In this document: piece after piece, positions 37,469-48,518 of the stretch
Layout: every line of letters starts with the position of its first letter
Position numbering within the stretch: the stretch's first letter is position 1
Source of the DNA: Gammaproteobacteria bacterium
Lineage (GTDB): Bacteria > Pseudomonadota > Gammaproteobacteria > JBAYZB01
DNA length: 48,863 nucleotides
Reading direction: 5' to 3'
NCBI GenBank assembly: GCA_041672765.1
Contig: JBAYZB010000001.1
Coordinates: 1 to 48,863 of the forward strand
Position numbers and translations under genes: made by a program
Notes under the pieces: model-generated
Databases searched by the model: none
What the model was told of the DNA's origin: nothing
What the model saw: only the letters and a program-made list of their open reading frames with translations

Positions 37469-39376
37469 CTATCGCTCGGAACCCGCGATTTGCGCTGCAG
37501 GGCTTGCCGCCATGAGACGCGGCTGCCCCCGGACGAAACGCGCCCAAGGGAGTTCGCGGCGCACGCGGTTGGCGGGGTCCAGCGACAAGGCGCCGGTCGC
37601 CCCGTTGTAACTTTCCTGCGGATGGTCGCGCAGGTCGGCCAGATATGGTGCGACATTATACGCATCCATCCCCAGCGCGTAGAGGCGGGGATAGCGCTGC
37701 ACCGCATCCGGCCAGAGCTGTTGCAGAAACTGGTGACTGGTTGGACCGCCGTCGTCGGACAACAGCCAGGGGATATCGCAGAACATGATGCCCTCGAGGT
37801 CCTGGTCGGCCAGGCTGTCGGGCGTGCCGGTATAAACATGTGAAGTGGCGTAAATCGGAAGATCCAGCGCGTGATGGTAGCGAAGCTGGGGCTGGATCAG
37901 CCGTGCCTGCGCCGGAAAGGCCGCCAGAAACACGAAATCCACATCCTGCCGTCGGCGCGGCTCGAAGTTGATCCTGCGTTTCAGGAGCGCCTGCAGGTCG
38001 CGGTGGCGGGCCTCGGCCTTGTCCAGGTCGAGCAGCGCCCGGATCGGAAGCGCGTGATCGCTCTCGGCGGGGTCGTAGGACTGCACCTCCACCAAGGTGC
38101 CGCCCAACCGTTCCCACGATGTCCTGAAGCCGTTGGCCATGCGCTCGCCCCAGGGGCCCGTTGGCACCAGGGCGATGGCGCGCCGATGGCCGTCGGTTCG
38201 GGCCCGCGCCGCCAGTTGGAAGGTCTCGTCCTCGGGCAGCAGGCCGAACTGGTACAGGTTCGGGATGACCAGGCCGCCCGACTCGACGCTGTTCAGCGCC
38301 AGTACGGGTACCGCCAGTTGCGCCGTCTGCATCAGCGCCTCCAGCCCTTCCTTGTCCAGTGGTCCCACCACCAAGCGCACGCCGTCGCTGACGGCCTGCT
38401 GGTACAAGGCCCAGGTCCTGGCGGGGTTGCCGCCGGTGTCGTAGATGCGGATGGCTGGTCTGGGGGGGATTCGCTGGGCGTAGTAGGCGGCGAGAAACCC
38501 GTCGCGCACGGCCGCAGCGGCGTCGGCGTAGCGGCCGGTCAGCGGCAGCAACAGTGCGATGTCCGCCGGTTGCCGAAAAAAGGCCGATTCCCGCTCGGCC
38601 AGGATCATGCCGATCATGGATTCGGCGGGATGACCGCGGTAGCGTTCGCGCCACTCGCTCAGGCGCAGCGCCAGTTCCGTCGCCTGCTCCTGCGGCGTTC
38701 GCATGATGTCTGCCAACTCCAGCCAGCCGCCGAACTCCCCGGGAGGCGTGGTCATGACGAGCTGTGCCAGGGTGTCCTCGGGCAGGGTCGAGAGGGTCTG
38801 CCAGATTGCCGCATGGTTGGCCTGAAGCGCGGCGGCGTCGCTGAGAAAGGGCTCCAGCAACAAGCGTTGCTGCACACTTTCCAGTGGATTGCCCAGCCTG
38901 GCGTAGGCTGCGGCGCGCAGTTCGAAGACCTGAGCCTGCAGGCTGGAGTCGAGATTGCCGGGCGGCTGCTGCAGGAGGCGCAGCGTTTCCGTGGCGTGAT
39001 CTTCCGCCAACGCGATACGGGCGCGGGTGAGTACGAGGCGAAAGCGCAGGGCATCCGGCAGATCCCGCTGCGATTCCAGCAGGTCCAACAGCTCGCTGGC
39101 TCCAGCGGTGTTTCCCTGCGCTGCGAGCAGTTCGGCGGCACGGGTTTGATACTGATAACGGTCGGGCCGCGGAAGGGTCTCGGCCAATGCCAGGTAGGCC
39201 TGGGCCGCGCCGTGGTAATCATTGTTGGACTCCAGCAGGCGCGCGCGCTCCAGCGCCGCCTGTGCCGCGAAGGGCAACTCCGCTTCCTGTTTCACGGCGG
39301 TGCAGCCTGCGAGGAACAGGAGTCCCAGGGCCAAAAACAGACCAAACGGATACGGAATGCGGCGCGCAACTCGCAT
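37469..39376 (-). CDS. lpoA: Penicillin-binding protein activator LpoA
   Basis: Lipoprotein signal LLFLAGC, an N-terminal TPR-like region and a C-terminal periplasmic-binding-protein-like domain. Divergent from rsmI. Confidence 0.85.
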   Translation of the reverse strand: MRVARRIPYPFGLFLALGLLFLAGCTAVKQEAELPFAAQAALERARLLESNNDYHGAAQAYLALAETLPRPDRYQYQTRAAELLAAQGNTAGASELLDLLESQRDLPDALRFRLVLTRARIALAEDHATETLRLLQQPPGNLDSSLQAQVFELRAAAYARLGNPLESVQQRLLLEPFLSDAAALQANHAAIWQTLSTLPEDTLAQLVMTTPPGEFGGWLELADIMRTPQEQATELALRLSEWRERYRGHPAESMIGMILAERESAFFRQPADIALLLPLTGRYADAAAAVRDGFLAAYYAQRIPPRPAIRIYDTGGNPARTWALYQQAVSDGVRLVVGPLDKEGLEALMQTAQLAVPVLALNSVESGGLVIPNLYQFGLLPEDETFQLAARARTDGHRRAIALVPTGPWGERMANGFRTSWERLGGTLVEVQSYDPAESDHALPIRALLDLDKAEARHRDLQALLKRRINFEPRRRQDVDFVFLAAFPAQARLIQPQLRYHHALDLPIYATSHVYTGTPDSLADQDLEGIMFCDIPWLLSDDGGPTSHQFLQQLWPDAVQRYPRLYALGMDAYNVAPYLADLRDHPQESYNGATGALSLDPANRVRRELPWARFVRGQPRLMAASPAAQIAGSER

Positions 39377-39531
39377 TTGTGATTCACTTCCTCAGGGCTC
39401 GATGGCAGGCTGGCCGGAAGCCGCTGCCGCAACGGAACGACGGCGTGCGGTTGTCGCGCGGGGCTATGAGAGTTTCCCTGGCGGCGATAGCATCTGATCC
39501 CGGCTGAACCTAAGTCTAGCGATTCTCCCGT

Positions 39532-40404
39532 GTGAGGTGGAGTGTGGCAATCGAGAATGGGGTCTTGTACATCGTTGCAACGCCCATTGGCAATCTTGGG
39601 GACATGACCGCACGCGCGATCGATGTGTTGCGCGCGGTGGATGTGATTGCCGCCGAGGACACGCGGCACAGTCTGCCGTTGCTGCGCCACTTCGGCATCA
39701 AGACGCCGTTACTCGCCTTTCACGAGCACAACGAACGCGACGTGGGCCCCGCCATCATCCGGCGCCTGCAGGAGGGACAGGCAGTGGCCCTGATCTCCGA
39801 TGCCGGCACCCCGCTCATCAGCGATCCGGGCTATCAGCTCGTGCGCCTGGCGCGCGACCAGGGAATCAAGGTATCTCCAGTCCCCGGGGCGAGCGCACTG
39901 ATTGCGGCGCTGTCCGTCGCCGGGCTTCCCACGGACCGCTTCGTTTTCGAAGGCTTTCTGCCCGCCCGGGCCGCCGCGCGTCAGGAGCGTCTGAAACAGC
40001 TGCGGGACGAGACGCGCACGCTGGTCTTCTATGAATCGAGCCACCGCATCGTCGAGGCGCTACGGGACATGGCGGAGGTGTTCGGGGCGGAGCGCGAGGC
40101 AGTGCTGGTGCGCGAGCTGACCAAGAGGTTCGAGACGGTGCGCGGCGACAGTCTCGGGAATTTGTGCCGCTGGGTGCAGGATGATGTCGATCAGCAGAAA
40201 GGCGAATTCGTGCTCCTGGTGCACGGGGCGCCGCCCGTAGAAGAAGATGCGGTGCGGGCCGAGGCGGAACGGGTCCTGCGCGTCCTATTGGAAGAACTGC
40301 CCGTGAAGCAGGCGGTCGGCATCGCCGTGAGGCTGACGGGTCTGAAGAAAAACCTGTTGTATCAGCAGGCGGTGCGGATTCAGGACGAAGAGGCGGGGGG
40401 CTGA
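39532..40404 (+). CDS. rsmI: 16S rRNA (cytidine1402-2'-O)-methyltransferase
   Basis: LYIVATPIGNLGDMTARAIDVLRAVDVIAAEDTRHS. GTG start, with an alternative GTG at 39544. Confidence 0.92.
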   Translation: MRWSVAIENGVLYIVATPIGNLGDMTARAIDVLRAVDVIAAEDTRHSLPLLRHFGIKTPLLAFHEHNERDVGPAIIRRLQEGQAVALISDAGTPLISDPGYQLVRLARDQGIKVSPVPGASALIAALSVAGLPTDRFVFEGFLPARAAARQERLKQLRDETRTLVFYESSHRIVEALRDMAEVFGAEREAVLVRELTKRFETVRGDSLGNLCRWVQDDVDQQKGEFVLLVHGAPPVEEDAVRAEAERVLRVLLEELPVKQAVGIAVRLTGLKKNLLYQQAVRIQDEEAGG

Positions 40405-40415
40405 GGCGATTTTCC

Positions 40416-40443
40416 TTGTATCTTTGTCCGGCTGGCCTTATAT
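40416..40443 (+). promoter_or_regulatory. Candidate sigma-70 promoter for rnpB (TTGTAT-N16-TTATAT)
   Basis: The -10-like TTATAT ends 7 nt before the first base of the P1 helix at 40451. Confidence 0.4.
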
Positions 40444-40450
40444 CTGTATA

Positions 40451-40800
40451 GGAGTCGGCCGGACAGTCGCTGCACCCGTCAGGGTGCGGAGGAAAGTCCG
40501 GGCTCCACAGGGCAGGGTGCCAGGTAACGCCTGGGAGGCGCGAGCCTACGGAAAGTGCCACAGAAAACAGACCGCCTAAGCATCGCAAGATGCCGGCAAG
40601 GGTGAAAAGGTGCGGTAAGAGCGCACCGCGCGGGTGGCAACACTCCGCGGCACGGTAAACCCCACCCGGAGCAAGGCCAAATAGGGGAACATTGGTGTGG
40701 CCCGCACCGTTCCCGGGTAGGCCGCTAGAGGTGTGCGGCGACGCACATCCCAGATGAATGACTGTCCACGACAGAACCCGGCTTACAGGCCGACTCCACT
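40451..40800 (+). ncRNA. rnpB: RNase P RNA, bacterial type A
   Basis: GGAGGAAAGTCCGGGCTCCACAGGGCAGGGTGCCAGGTAACGCCTGGG, GTGCCACAGAAAACAGACCGCC, GGTAAACCCCACCCGGAGCAAGGCCAAATAGGGG and ACAGAACCCGGCTTACAGGCC conserved regions. P1 pairing is GGAGTCGGCC / GGCCGACTCC. Confidence 0.95.
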
Positions 40801-41054
40801 TTGATTTCCTTATCCTCCCTGCTTTTTTCCCTCTTCATCCCCGGTTTTCCAGGAAGTTGCGGAAGCGCACGTCGGGTGGTGCCGTATCGCACCGTACCAG
40901 GAATCTTTGTTTCTAAAGCTTCACTATAAGAGTCGTTTTTAACCGCATGATTGGCTGGATATTTCATGGGCGACTTTCTCAGCCCGTCTCCGTTTTGTGT
41001 CGTAAGTAATTGTGCCTAAAGCAGATATTTTTGTCTCTGTCGAGTGGGGTTTTC

Positions 41055-41084
41055 TTGACAAGCCCGGCTATCGCTCCCTATAGT
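41055..41084 (+). promoter_or_regulatory. Pmra-like sigma-70 promoter (TTGACA-N18-TATAGT) for the dcw cluster
   Basis: Consensus -35 at 41055-41060 and near-consensus -10 at 41079-41084, about 70 nt upstream of mraZ. Confidence 0.6.
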
Positions 41085-41096
41085 TCGCCAGTAAAA

Positions 41097-41121
41097 GTGG
41101 GAAAAAGTGGGTAGAAGTGGG
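41097..41121 (+). promoter_or_regulatory. MraZ operator: three GTGGG direct repeats with 5-nt spacers
   Basis: GTGGGaaaaaGTGGGtagaaGTGGG at 41097, 41107 and 41117. A fourth GTGGG lies at 41044. Confidence 0.65.
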
Positions 41122-41150
41122 GAGGATGGTGGTGTCACAAGGGGGGACGC

Positions 41151-41606
41151 TTGTTCCGGGGCGTTAACACGATCAACCTTGATGCCAAAGGGCGGATGGC
41201 CATGCCAGCCCGCTACCGGGACCGGCTCATGGAGATCTGCGAAGGGCAGTTGGTGATCACCGTCGATCGCGACCATTGCCTGCTGCTGTATCCCCTGCCT
41301 GAATGGGAAGAAATCGAACGCAAACTGGTTCGATTGCCCAGTCTCAACAAGCAGGCGCGCCGCCTGCAACGCCTTCTCATCGGTCATGCCACTGAATGCG
41401 AGCTGGACAGCCACGGCCGCATTCTGCTCCCGCCGCCATTGCGCGAATTCGCACGGTTAGACAAGCGCCTGGTACTGATCGGCCAGGGCAACAAATTCGA
41501 GATCTGGGACGAAACGGCCTGGAACGAACAGCGTGAGGTTTGGTTGGCAGAGGAGGGGCAAGAGGACGCCGAGCTGCCTCCCGAACTGGAATCCCTGTCG
41601 CTGTAA
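41151..41606 (+). CDS. mraZ: Transcriptional regulator MraZ
   Basis: A TTG start gives (M)[22 protein letters not shown], the canonical MraZ N-terminus. An AAGGGGGG RBS lies upstream. Confidence 0.92.
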   Translation: MFRGVNTINLDAKGRMAMPARYRDRLMEICEGQLVITVDRDHCLLLYPLPEWEEIERKLVRLPSLNKQARRLQRLLIGHATECELDSHGRILLPPPLREFARLDKRLVLIGQGNKFEIWDETAWNEQREVWLAEEGQEDAELPPELESLSL

Positions 41607-41611
41607 GTCCC

Positions 41612-42547
41612 ATGGCAGACGCGTATCCTCACCGCCCCGTTCTGCTGGAAGAGGCGATCGCGGGCTTGAACCTCCGTCCTGACGGCGTGTACGTGGACGG
41701 GACGTTCGGCCGCGGCGGACACGCCCGGGCAATCCTGCAGCGGCTCGGGCCGCAGGGGCGGTTGATTGCGTTCGACAAGGATCCCGCCGCGGTGGCGGCG
41801 GGGGAAGCACTGGCTGCAGATGATCCGCGGTTTGCGATTGAGCGAGGCTCGTTCGCCATGCTGGAGCGACAGATGGCAAGCCGGAACTTGGTGGGAAGGG
41901 TCGACGGGGTGCTGCTCGACCTGGGCGTCTCTTCCCCACAGTTGGATGATCCCGCGCGCGGGTTCAGCTTCACCCGCGAGGGACCGCTGGACATGCGCAT
42001 GGATCCCGCCGCCGGCATCAGTGCGGCGGACTGGCTGGCGGACGCGTCCGAGCACGATATCGCGGAGGTGTTGAAGACTTTTGGCGAAGAGCGCCATGCG
42101 CGGCGCATCGCGCGGGCCATCGTGGCGGCGCGTGGGCAGACGCCGATCCGCACCACCGGCCGGCTGGCGGAGATCGTGGCGCACGCAAACCCGTCCCATG
42201 AGAAAGGCAAGCATCCGGCTACGCGCACGTTTCAGGCGATCCGGATCTTCATCAACCGGGAGCTCGAAGATCTGGAGGCGTGCCTGCCCCAGGCCGTGAG
42301 GGTGCTCGCGCCGGGCGGGCGCTTGGTCGTGATCAGTTTTCATTCCCTGGAAGACCGCATTGTAAAGCGCTTCATGCGGGAGCAGGCGCGGGGTGACGCG
42401 TTCCCGCCGGACGTGCCGGTGACGCAGGATCAGTTGCATCCGGCGCTGCGGCTCGTGGGCAAGGCCGTTTATCCGGGCGCGGCCGAGATCGCCGCAAATC
42501 CCCGCGCGCGCAGCGCCGTGATGCGGGTGGCGGAACGCCTGACATGA
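41612..42547 (+). CDS. rsmH: 16S rRNA (cytosine1402-N4)-methyltransferase
   Basis: [10 protein letters not shown]...[12 protein letters not shown]...[13 protein letters not shown]...[11 protein letters not shown]. Confidence 0.95.
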   Translation: MADAYPHRPVLLEEAIAGLNLRPDGVYVDGTFGRGGHARAILQRLGPQGRLIAFDKDPAAVAAGEALAADDPRFAIERGSFAMLERQMASRNLVGRVDGVLLDLGVSSPQLDDPARGFSFTREGPLDMRMDPAAGISAADWLADASEHDIAEVLKTFGEERHARRIARAIVAARGQTPIRTTGRLAEIVAHANPSHEKGKHPATRTFQAIRIFINRELEDLEACLPQAVRVLAPGGRLVVISFHSLEDRIVKRFMREQARGDAFPPDVPVTQDQLHPALRLVGKAVYPGAAEIAANPRARSAVMRVAERLT

Positions 42548-42813
42548 AAAAGGCGCACTTTGGGGTGATGGTCCTAGTGCTGGCCGTGATGGGGTCGGCG
42601 CTGGGCGTCGTGTATTCGAGACATGAGAGCAGAAAGCTGTTCGTGGAACTCCGGCAGCTACAGGCGATTCGTGACGACATGAACATCGAGTGGGGGCGCT
42701 TACAGTTGGAAGAAGGCACCTGGTCCGCCCACGGGCGCCTCGAGGGCATTGCGCGCGCACGGCTGGAGATGCGCATGCCGCGCCCAGATGACGTGGTGAT
42801 CATACGCCCATGA
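42544..42813 (+). CDS. ftsL: Cell division protein FtsL
   Basis: 89 aa with a single TM segment and a coiled-coil region ([22 protein letters not shown]). Lies between rsmH and ftsI with ATGA overlaps. Confidence 0.88.
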   Translation: MKKAHFGVMVLVLAVMGSALGVVYSRHESRKLFVELRQLQAIRDDMNIEWGRLQLEEGTWSAHGRLEGIARARLEMRMPRPDDVVIIRP

Positions 42814-44531
42814 TCGAGCGCCCCTCTCCCATGCAGTCCTACCCCGTTCGGCGCCACACGGTCCTGCTCTTTTTTGCTGCCGTGCTGTCGGTGCTGGTGT
42901 GGCGCGCCCTGGATTTGCAGGTGCTGCATCGGGACTTCCTGCAGGGGCAGGCGGACGCGCGGCACCTGCGGGTGGTCTCCATTCCCGCCATCCGCGGCAC
43001 CATCACGGATCGCAACGGCGAACCGCTGGCCATGAGTACGCCCATCGACTCCGTCTGGGCCAATCCTCAGGAACTGATCAGCGCGCGCGAGTATCTGCCG
43101 CGCCTCGCCAAGGTGCTGGAGCTGGATCGGCGCGTCCTGGAGCGGCTGGTGGAGGAACGTGCCGACCGCGAGTTCGTCTACCTGAAGCGACACGTCAGCC
43201 CCGAGCAGGCCGCGCAGGCTATGGCGCTCCAGGCGCCGGGCGTGGCCCTGCAGCGCGAGTACAAGCGGTTTTACCCGGCAGGGGAGGTGGTGGCCCATGT
43301 CGTCGGGTTTACCAGCGTGGATGATGTCGGCCAGGAGGGCCTGGAACTCGCCTTCGACGACTGGCTCCAGGGCAAGCCCGGCGCCAAGCGTGTCCTCAAG
43401 GACGGCAAGGGACGCATCATCCAGGACGTGGAGAGCATCTGCGAGCCGCGCCCCGGCCGGGATCTGGCGCTGAGCATCGACCGGCGCGTGCAGTACCTGG
43501 CGTACCGCGAGTTGAAGTCCGCCGTGCTCGAAAACCGGGCGCGCGGAGGTTCGGCGGTGATCCTGGACGTGCAGACGGGCGAGGTGCTGGCCATGGTCAG
43601 TCAGCCCTCGTACAACCCAAACAACCGCAAGGACCTGAACGGCAGCCAGTACCGCAACCGTGCCGTCACCGACGTGTTCGAGCCGGGCTCCGCCGTCAAG
43701 CCGTTCGCCGTCGCCATCGGCCTGGAGAGCGGCCGCTACCGGCCGGACACCCTGATCGAAACCACTCCCGGTCAGTATCGCCTGGGACGGTTCACGATCA
43801 AGGACATCCGCAACTACGGCCTGATCGACGTCGCCACCGTCATCAGCAAGTCGAGCAACGTCGGTTCCGCCAAGATCGCGCTGTCGCTGCCTGCCGAGCG
43901 CCTGTGGGACATCTACCGGCGGATCGGCTTTGGTGCCGGCACCGGCAGCGGCTTCCCCGGCGAGGCGGCCGGCCTGCTGCGCCACTACAGGCAGTGGCGC
44001 GAGATCGATCACGCAACGCTTTCTTTCGGTTATGGCCTCTCGGTGACCCCGCTGCAGCTTGCGCGCGCCTACGCCGTATTGGCGGGGGACGGCAGCCGGC
44101 GCCCGGTTTCGTTCCTGCGGCTGGAGGAGCCGCCCGCGGGTGAGCCCGTGGTGGCGCCGGCGATCGTCGCGCAACTGCGCTCCATGCTGGAGGCGGCCGT
44201 CGCCACGGGTGGCACCGCCGCCCAGGCTCAGGTGGCGGGCTACCGTGTAGCCGGCAAGACCGGCACGGTGCGCAAAAGCGGTGTGGGCGGCTACGAGGAA
44301 AACAAGTACCGCTCGGTGTTTGTCGGCATGGTGCCGGCGAGCCGGCCGCGCCTGGTCATGGCGATCATGATCGACGAGCCGCGCGGCGAGGAATATTACG
44401 GCGGCCTGGTGGCGGCCCCGGTGTTCTCGAAGGTGATGTCCGGCGCCCTGCGGTTACTCAACATCCCGCCGGACGATCTGCCCGCGGCGGTTCAGAGCCG
44501 AACCGATGCTCAAGGGAAGGAGTCCGCATGA
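42810..44531 (+). CDS. ftsI: Peptidoglycan D,D-transpeptidase FtsI (PBP3)
   Basis: 573 aa. PGSAVKP (STxK context), SKSSNVG (SxN) and AGKTGT (KTG) motifs. Confidence 0.95.
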   Translation: MIERPSPMQSYPVRRHTVLLFFAAVLSVLVWRALDLQVLHRDFLQGQADARHLRVVSIPAIRGTITDRNGEPLAMSTPIDSVWANPQELISAREYLPRLAKVLELDRRVLERLVEERADREFVYLKRHVSPEQAAQAMALQAPGVALQREYKRFYPAGEVVAHVVGFTSVDDVGQEGLELAFDDWLQGKPGAKRVLKDGKGRIIQDVESICEPRPGRDLALSIDRRVQYLAYRELKSAVLENRARGGSAVILDVQTGEVLAMVSQPSYNPNNRKDLNGSQYRNRAVTDVFEPGSAVKPFAVAIGLESGRYRPDTLIETTPGQYRLGRFTIKDIRNYGLIDVATVISKSSNVGSAKIALSLPAERLWDIYRRIGFGAGTGSGFPGEAAGLLRHYRQWREIDHATLSFGYGLSVTPLQLARAYAVLAGDGSRRPVSFLRLEEPPAGEPVVAPAIVAQLRSMLEAAVATGGTAAQAQVAGYRVAGKTGTVRKSGVGGYEENKYRSVFVGMVPASRPRLVMAIMIDEPRGEEYYGGLVAAPVFSKVMSGALRLLNIPPDDLPAAVQSRTDAQGKESA

Positions 44532-46048
44532 TGCCGGCCCGTGAACTCCCCGTCGGGGTGCCGCTGAGCGAGTTGCTGGCCGATCTGGCGGAGCCGGATG
44601 TCGCGCAGAATCCCCTGATCCAGGGGCTGGCCCTGGACAGCCGCAGGGTGCGCGCCGGAGACCTGTTCCTGGCGTGTGCGGGCGGCCGTGTGCATGGCCT
44701 GGCGTTTGCGGCGGAGGCGGTGCGGGCCGGCGCGGTGGGCGTGGTGTACGAACCGTCCGGCGGCGAACTTGAACCGCTTGTGCGCGGCCTTGGTGTGCCC
44801 GTGCTGGCCCTGCCGCGGCTGTCGGAAAAGATCGGCTTGATCGCCGACCGGTTCTACGGCCATCCGTCCCGGGACCTGTTCATCGTCGGGGTCACCGGCA
44901 CCAACGGCAAGACCTCCTGCAGCCACTTCCTGGCCCAGGCGCTGGAACGAAGCGCCCATCGCTGCGGCGTGATCGGTACTTTGGGCTACGGGCTGTACGG
45001 GGCTCTCGCAGGCAGCAGCCATACCACCCCCGATGCCGTCACCCTCCATGCCCTGCTAGCGGACCTGCGCGATCGAGGCGCGCGCAGCGTGGCGATGGAG
45101 GTGTCGTCCCACGGCCTGGCCCAGGGACGGGTGAACGGTGTCGCCTTCGATGTGGGCATCTGGACCAACCTCACCCGCGACCACCTGGATTATCACGGCG
45201 ACATGGACGCCTATTTCGCGGCCAAGCAGCGCCTGTTCGAAATGCCGGGCCTGCGTTACGCGGTGGTGAACGCCGACGATGAGTACGGGCGGCGGCTGTG
45301 CCAATGCCTGCCCGCGGGGGCGGAGCCGATCCGTTACGGCCTGGGCGACCAGGTAATGCGGCCGGGCGGGCGCTACGTGCGGGGAGTCGATTTGCGGTTG
45401 CACAGCGCCGGGCTCGATCTGCGGATCGACAGTTCCTGGGGCGAAGGTGTGCTGCGGAGCGGGCTGCTCGGCCATTACAACGCCGGCAATCTGCTCGCGG
45501 TGCTCGCCACGCTGCTGCTCATGGACATGCCGTTGCCACAGGCGACCGCCGTGCTGGAACGCACCGCCACGGTGCCGGGGCGGCTGGAGCGCTTTGGCGG
45601 CGGCGACCGGCCACTGCTGGTGGTGGACTACGCGCACACGCCGGACGCCCTGGAGCAGGTGCTGCGCGCCCTGCGCACCCACTGCGCCGGACAGTTCTGG
45701 TGCGTGTTCGGCTGTGGCGGCGAGCGCGACCGCGGCAAGCGCCCGCTGATGGCCGCCGTGGCCGAGCGCCACGCCGACCGGGTGGTGGTGACGGACGACA
45801 ATCCGCGCCGCGAGGACGCGGACCGCATCGTGGCGGACATCCTGGCCGGGTTCCGCGATCCGGACCGCGCCTGCGTGCAGCGCGACCGGGCCGCGGCGAT
45901 CCGCTTCGCTTTCGAACACGCCCATCCCGGCGACGTGGTGCTGATTGCGGGCAAGGGGCATGAGGAGTGCCAGTTGATCGGGGACGAGGTGCGGCCTTTC
46001 AGCGACCGCGCGCTTGCCGCGCAACTGGCGGGGGAGGTGGTGCGATGA
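44528..46048 (+). CDS. murE: UDP-N-acetylmuramoyl-L-alanyl-D-glutamate--2,6-diaminopimelate ligase
   Basis: VTGTNGKTS P-loop and the DNPR motif (TDDNPRRED), which indicates meso-DAP specificity. Confidence 0.95.
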   Translation: MMPARELPVGVPLSELLADLAEPDVAQNPLIQGLALDSRRVRAGDLFLACAGGRVHGLAFAAEAVRAGAVGVVYEPSGGELEPLVRGLGVPVLALPRLSEKIGLIADRFYGHPSRDLFIVGVTGTNGKTSCSHFLAQALERSAHRCGVIGTLGYGLYGALAGSSHTTPDAVTLHALLADLRDRGARSVAMEVSSHGLAQGRVNGVAFDVGIWTNLTRDHLDYHGDMDAYFAAKQRLFEMPGLRYAVVNADDEYGRRLCQCLPAGAEPIRYGLGDQVMRPGGRYVRGVDLRLHSAGLDLRIDSSWGEGVLRSGLLGHYNAGNLLAVLATLLLMDMPLPQATAVLERTATVPGRLERFGGGDRPLLVVDYAHTPDALEQVLRALRTHCAGQFWCVFGCGGERDRGKRPLMAAVAERHADRVVVTDDNPRREDADRIVADILAGFRDPDRACVQRDRAAAIRFAFEHAHPGDVVLIAGKGHEECQLIGDEVRPFSDRALAAQLAGEVVR

Positions 46049-47424
46049 ACGGGATGCGCCTGGCGGAGGCCGCGCGGATGGTGGGCGGCGAGCTCAGGGG
46101 CGCCGATGCCGTCTTCACTGCGGTGAGCACCGACACCCGCACGCTCACGCCCGGGGCGCTGTTCGTGGCCCTGCGCGGGCCGAACTTCGACGGGCACGAC
46201 TTCGTGGAGCAGGCGCGGGCGGCCGGGGCGGTGGCGGCCATGGTGAGCCGTGCTGTCCCGACCGCGCTGCCGCTGCTGCTGGTGGAGGACACGCGGCTCG
46301 CCCTGGGCCGGCTCGCGGCTGCCCATCGTGCCGCCCGCGACCTGCCCCTGGTGGCCGTGACGGGGAGCAACGGCAAGACCACCGTCAAGGAGATGGTGGC
46401 GGCGATCCTGGCGCAGCGCGCCCCGGTGCTGGCCACCCAGGGCAATCTGAACAACGACATCGGCATGCCGCTCACACTGCTGCGGCTCGCCCCGGAACAC
46501 GGCTTCGCAGTGATCGAGATGGGGGCCAGCCATCCCGGCGAGGTCGCCTATCTCACCCGCATCGCGCAGCCCACGGTGGCGCTCGTCACCAACGCCGGCC
46601 CGGCCCATCTGGAGGGGTTCGGCAGCATCGAGGGGGTGGCGCGGGCCAAGGCGGAGATCTACGCGGGGCTCGCCGCGGACGGCGTGGCGGTGATCAACGC
46701 CGACGACGCGTATGCGGCGCTTTGGGACGAACTCAACCGCTCCCGCCGGCGCGTGCATTTCGGGCTATGCGCGGAGGCTGAGGTGCGGGCGGACCCGGCG
46801 AGCATCCGGTTCGAGCTGCAGGACGAGCGCCTGTGCACCGCGTTCCGCCTGATCGCGCTGACCGGAGAAACGGACGTCCGCCTGTCCCTGGCTGGCCGCC
46901 ACAACGTGCGCAACGCCCTGGCGGCGGCCGCGGCAACCATCGCCCTCGGCATGGATCTGAAGGAGATCCGCGCCGGCCTGGAGGGGATGCAGCCGGTGCA
47001 GGGTCGATTGCAACTGCGCGCCGGCCTGAACGGCGTGCGGGTCATCGACGACACCTACAACGCGAATCCCGCGTCGTTCCAGGCGGGGATCGAGGTGCTG
47101 GCCGCCTGTCCGGGCACCCGCTGCCTGGTGTTGGGCGACATGGCGGAATTGGGCGAGGACTCGCCGCAATTGCACCGGCGGGTCGGCGAGCAGGCGCGGA
47201 GCGCCGGCATCGAACGGCTGTACGCGGTGGGCGAGCAGAGCCGGGCCGCCGTGGAGGCGTTCGGCGCCGGCGCGCGTCACTGCGCCGGCCAGAGTGAATT
47301 GATTGCCGCTTTGCGGGACGAGTTGGGGCCGGGGGCGGTGGTATTGGTGAAGGGGTCGCGCCGCATGCGCATGGAGCGTGTGGTCGAGGCGCTGATGGGC
47401 GCGCAGGCGCCGGAGAACCATTAA
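46045..47424 (+). CDS. murF: UDP-N-acetylmuramoyl-tripeptide--D-alanyl-D-alanine ligase
   Basis: [27 protein letters not shown] and [12 protein letters not shown] 46045 overlaps the murE stop. Confidence 0.95.
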   Translation: MNGMRLAEAARMVGGELRGADAVFTAVSTDTRTLTPGALFVALRGPNFDGHDFVEQARAAGAVAAMVSRAVPTALPLLLVEDTRLALGRLAAAHRAARDLPLVAVTGSNGKTTVKEMVAAILAQRAPVLATQGNLNNDIGMPLTLLRLAPEHGFAVIEMGASHPGEVAYLTRIAQPTVALVTNAGPAHLEGFGSIEGVARAKAEIYAGLAADGVAVINADDAYAALWDELNRSRRRVHFGLCAEAEVRADPASIRFELQDERLCTAFRLIALTGETDVRLSLAGRHNVRNALAAAAATIALGMDLKEIRAGLEGMQPVQGRLQLRAGLNGVRVIDDTYNANPASFQAGIEVLAACPGTRCLVLGDMAELGEDSPQLHRRVGEQARSAGIERLYAVGEQSRAAVEAFGAGARHCAGQSELIAALRDELGPGAVVLVKGSRRMRMERVVEALMGAQAPENH

Positions 47425-47428
47425 GAAC

Positions 47429-48511
47429 ATGTTGCTGATCCTGTCCGAATACCTGGCGAAGCTCTACAGCGGATTCAATGTATTCCAGTACATCACGCTG
47501 CGCGGCATCCTGGGCGTGCTCACGGCGCTGGCGTTTTCCCTGATCGCCGGGCCCACCATGATCCGCCATCTCAGCCGCTACCAGATCGGTCAGTGCGTGC
47601 GGGACGACGGCCCCCAGAGCCATCTTTGCAAGGCCGGCACGCCTACCATGGGCGGGGCCCTGATCCTGGCCGCCATTACGGTCTCGACGCTGTTGTGGGC
47701 GGATCTGCGCAACCGCGCCGTATGGGTCGTGTTGCTGGTCACGCTGCTGTTCGGCGTCGTCGGCTTCGTGGACGACTACAAGAAGCTGATCCTGCGCAAC
47801 AGCAAGGGCTTGTCGGCCCGGGCCAAGTATTTCTGGCAGTCCGTCATCGCGCTGGCGGTGGCGCTGTTCCTGTTCTTCACCGCCCAACATGCCTCCGAGA
47901 CCCAGCTCATCGTGCCGTTCTTCAAGAACGTGGCGATCGATCTGGGCTGGGGATTCGTGGTGATCACCTATTTCGTCATCGTTGGTTCCAGCAATGCGGT
48001 CAACCTCACCGACGGTCTCGACGGCTTGGCCATCCTGCCCACGGTACTGGTGGGCGCGGCGCTGGGGATCTTCGCCTACGCCTCAGGCCACGCGAACTTC
48101 GCCAGTTACCTGGGCATCCCCTACGTCCCCGGGGTGGGCGAGGTGGTGATCTTCTGCGGCGCGCTGGTGGGCGCGGGGCTTGGGTTTCTCTGGTTCAACG
48201 CCTATCCCGCGCAGGTGTTCATGGGCGACGTGGGCGCGCTGGCGCTGGGCGCCGCGCTCGGCGTCCTGGCCGTGCTGGTGCGGCAGGAACTGGTGCTGCT
48301 CATCATGGGCGGCGTGTTCGTGATGGAAACGGTGTCGGTGATCCTGCAGGTGGCCTCCTTCAAGCTCACCGGCCGGCGCATCTTCCGCATGGCGCCGCTG
48401 CACCATCACTTCGAGCTCAAGGGCTGGCCGGAGCCGCGCGTGATCGTACGGTTCTGGATCATCACGGTCATTCTGGTGCTGATTGGGCTGGCGACGCTGA
48501 AGATCAGGTAA
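47429..48511 (+). CDS. mraY: Phospho-N-acetylmuramoyl-pentapeptide transferase
   Basis: 360 aa polytopic protein. [24 protein letters not shown] and [12 protein letters not shown]. Confidence 0.96.
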   Translation: MLLILSEYLAKLYSGFNVFQYITLRGILGVLTALAFSLIAGPTMIRHLSRYQIGQCVRDDGPQSHLCKAGTPTMGGALILAAITVSTLLWADLRNRAVWVVLLVTLLFGVVGFVDDYKKLILRNSKGLSARAKYFWQSVIALAVALFLFFTAQHASETQLIVPFFKNVAIDLGWGFVVITYFVIVGSSNAVNLTDGLDGLAILPTVLVGAALGIFAYASGHANFASYLGIPYVPGVGEVVIFCGALVGAGLGFLWFNAYPAQVFMGDVGALALGAALGVLAVLVRQELVLLIMGGVFVMETVSVILQVASFKLTGRRIFRMAPLHHHFELKGWPEPRVIVRFWIITVILVLIGLATLKIR

Positions 48512-48518
48512 GAAGAAC

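Noticed and set aside
40725-40967. 80-aa minus-strand ORF downstream of rsmI.
   Set aside because: Its 3' part lies inside the RNase P RNA gene and the rest is AT-rich promoter-proximal DNA. No RBS or motif is present.
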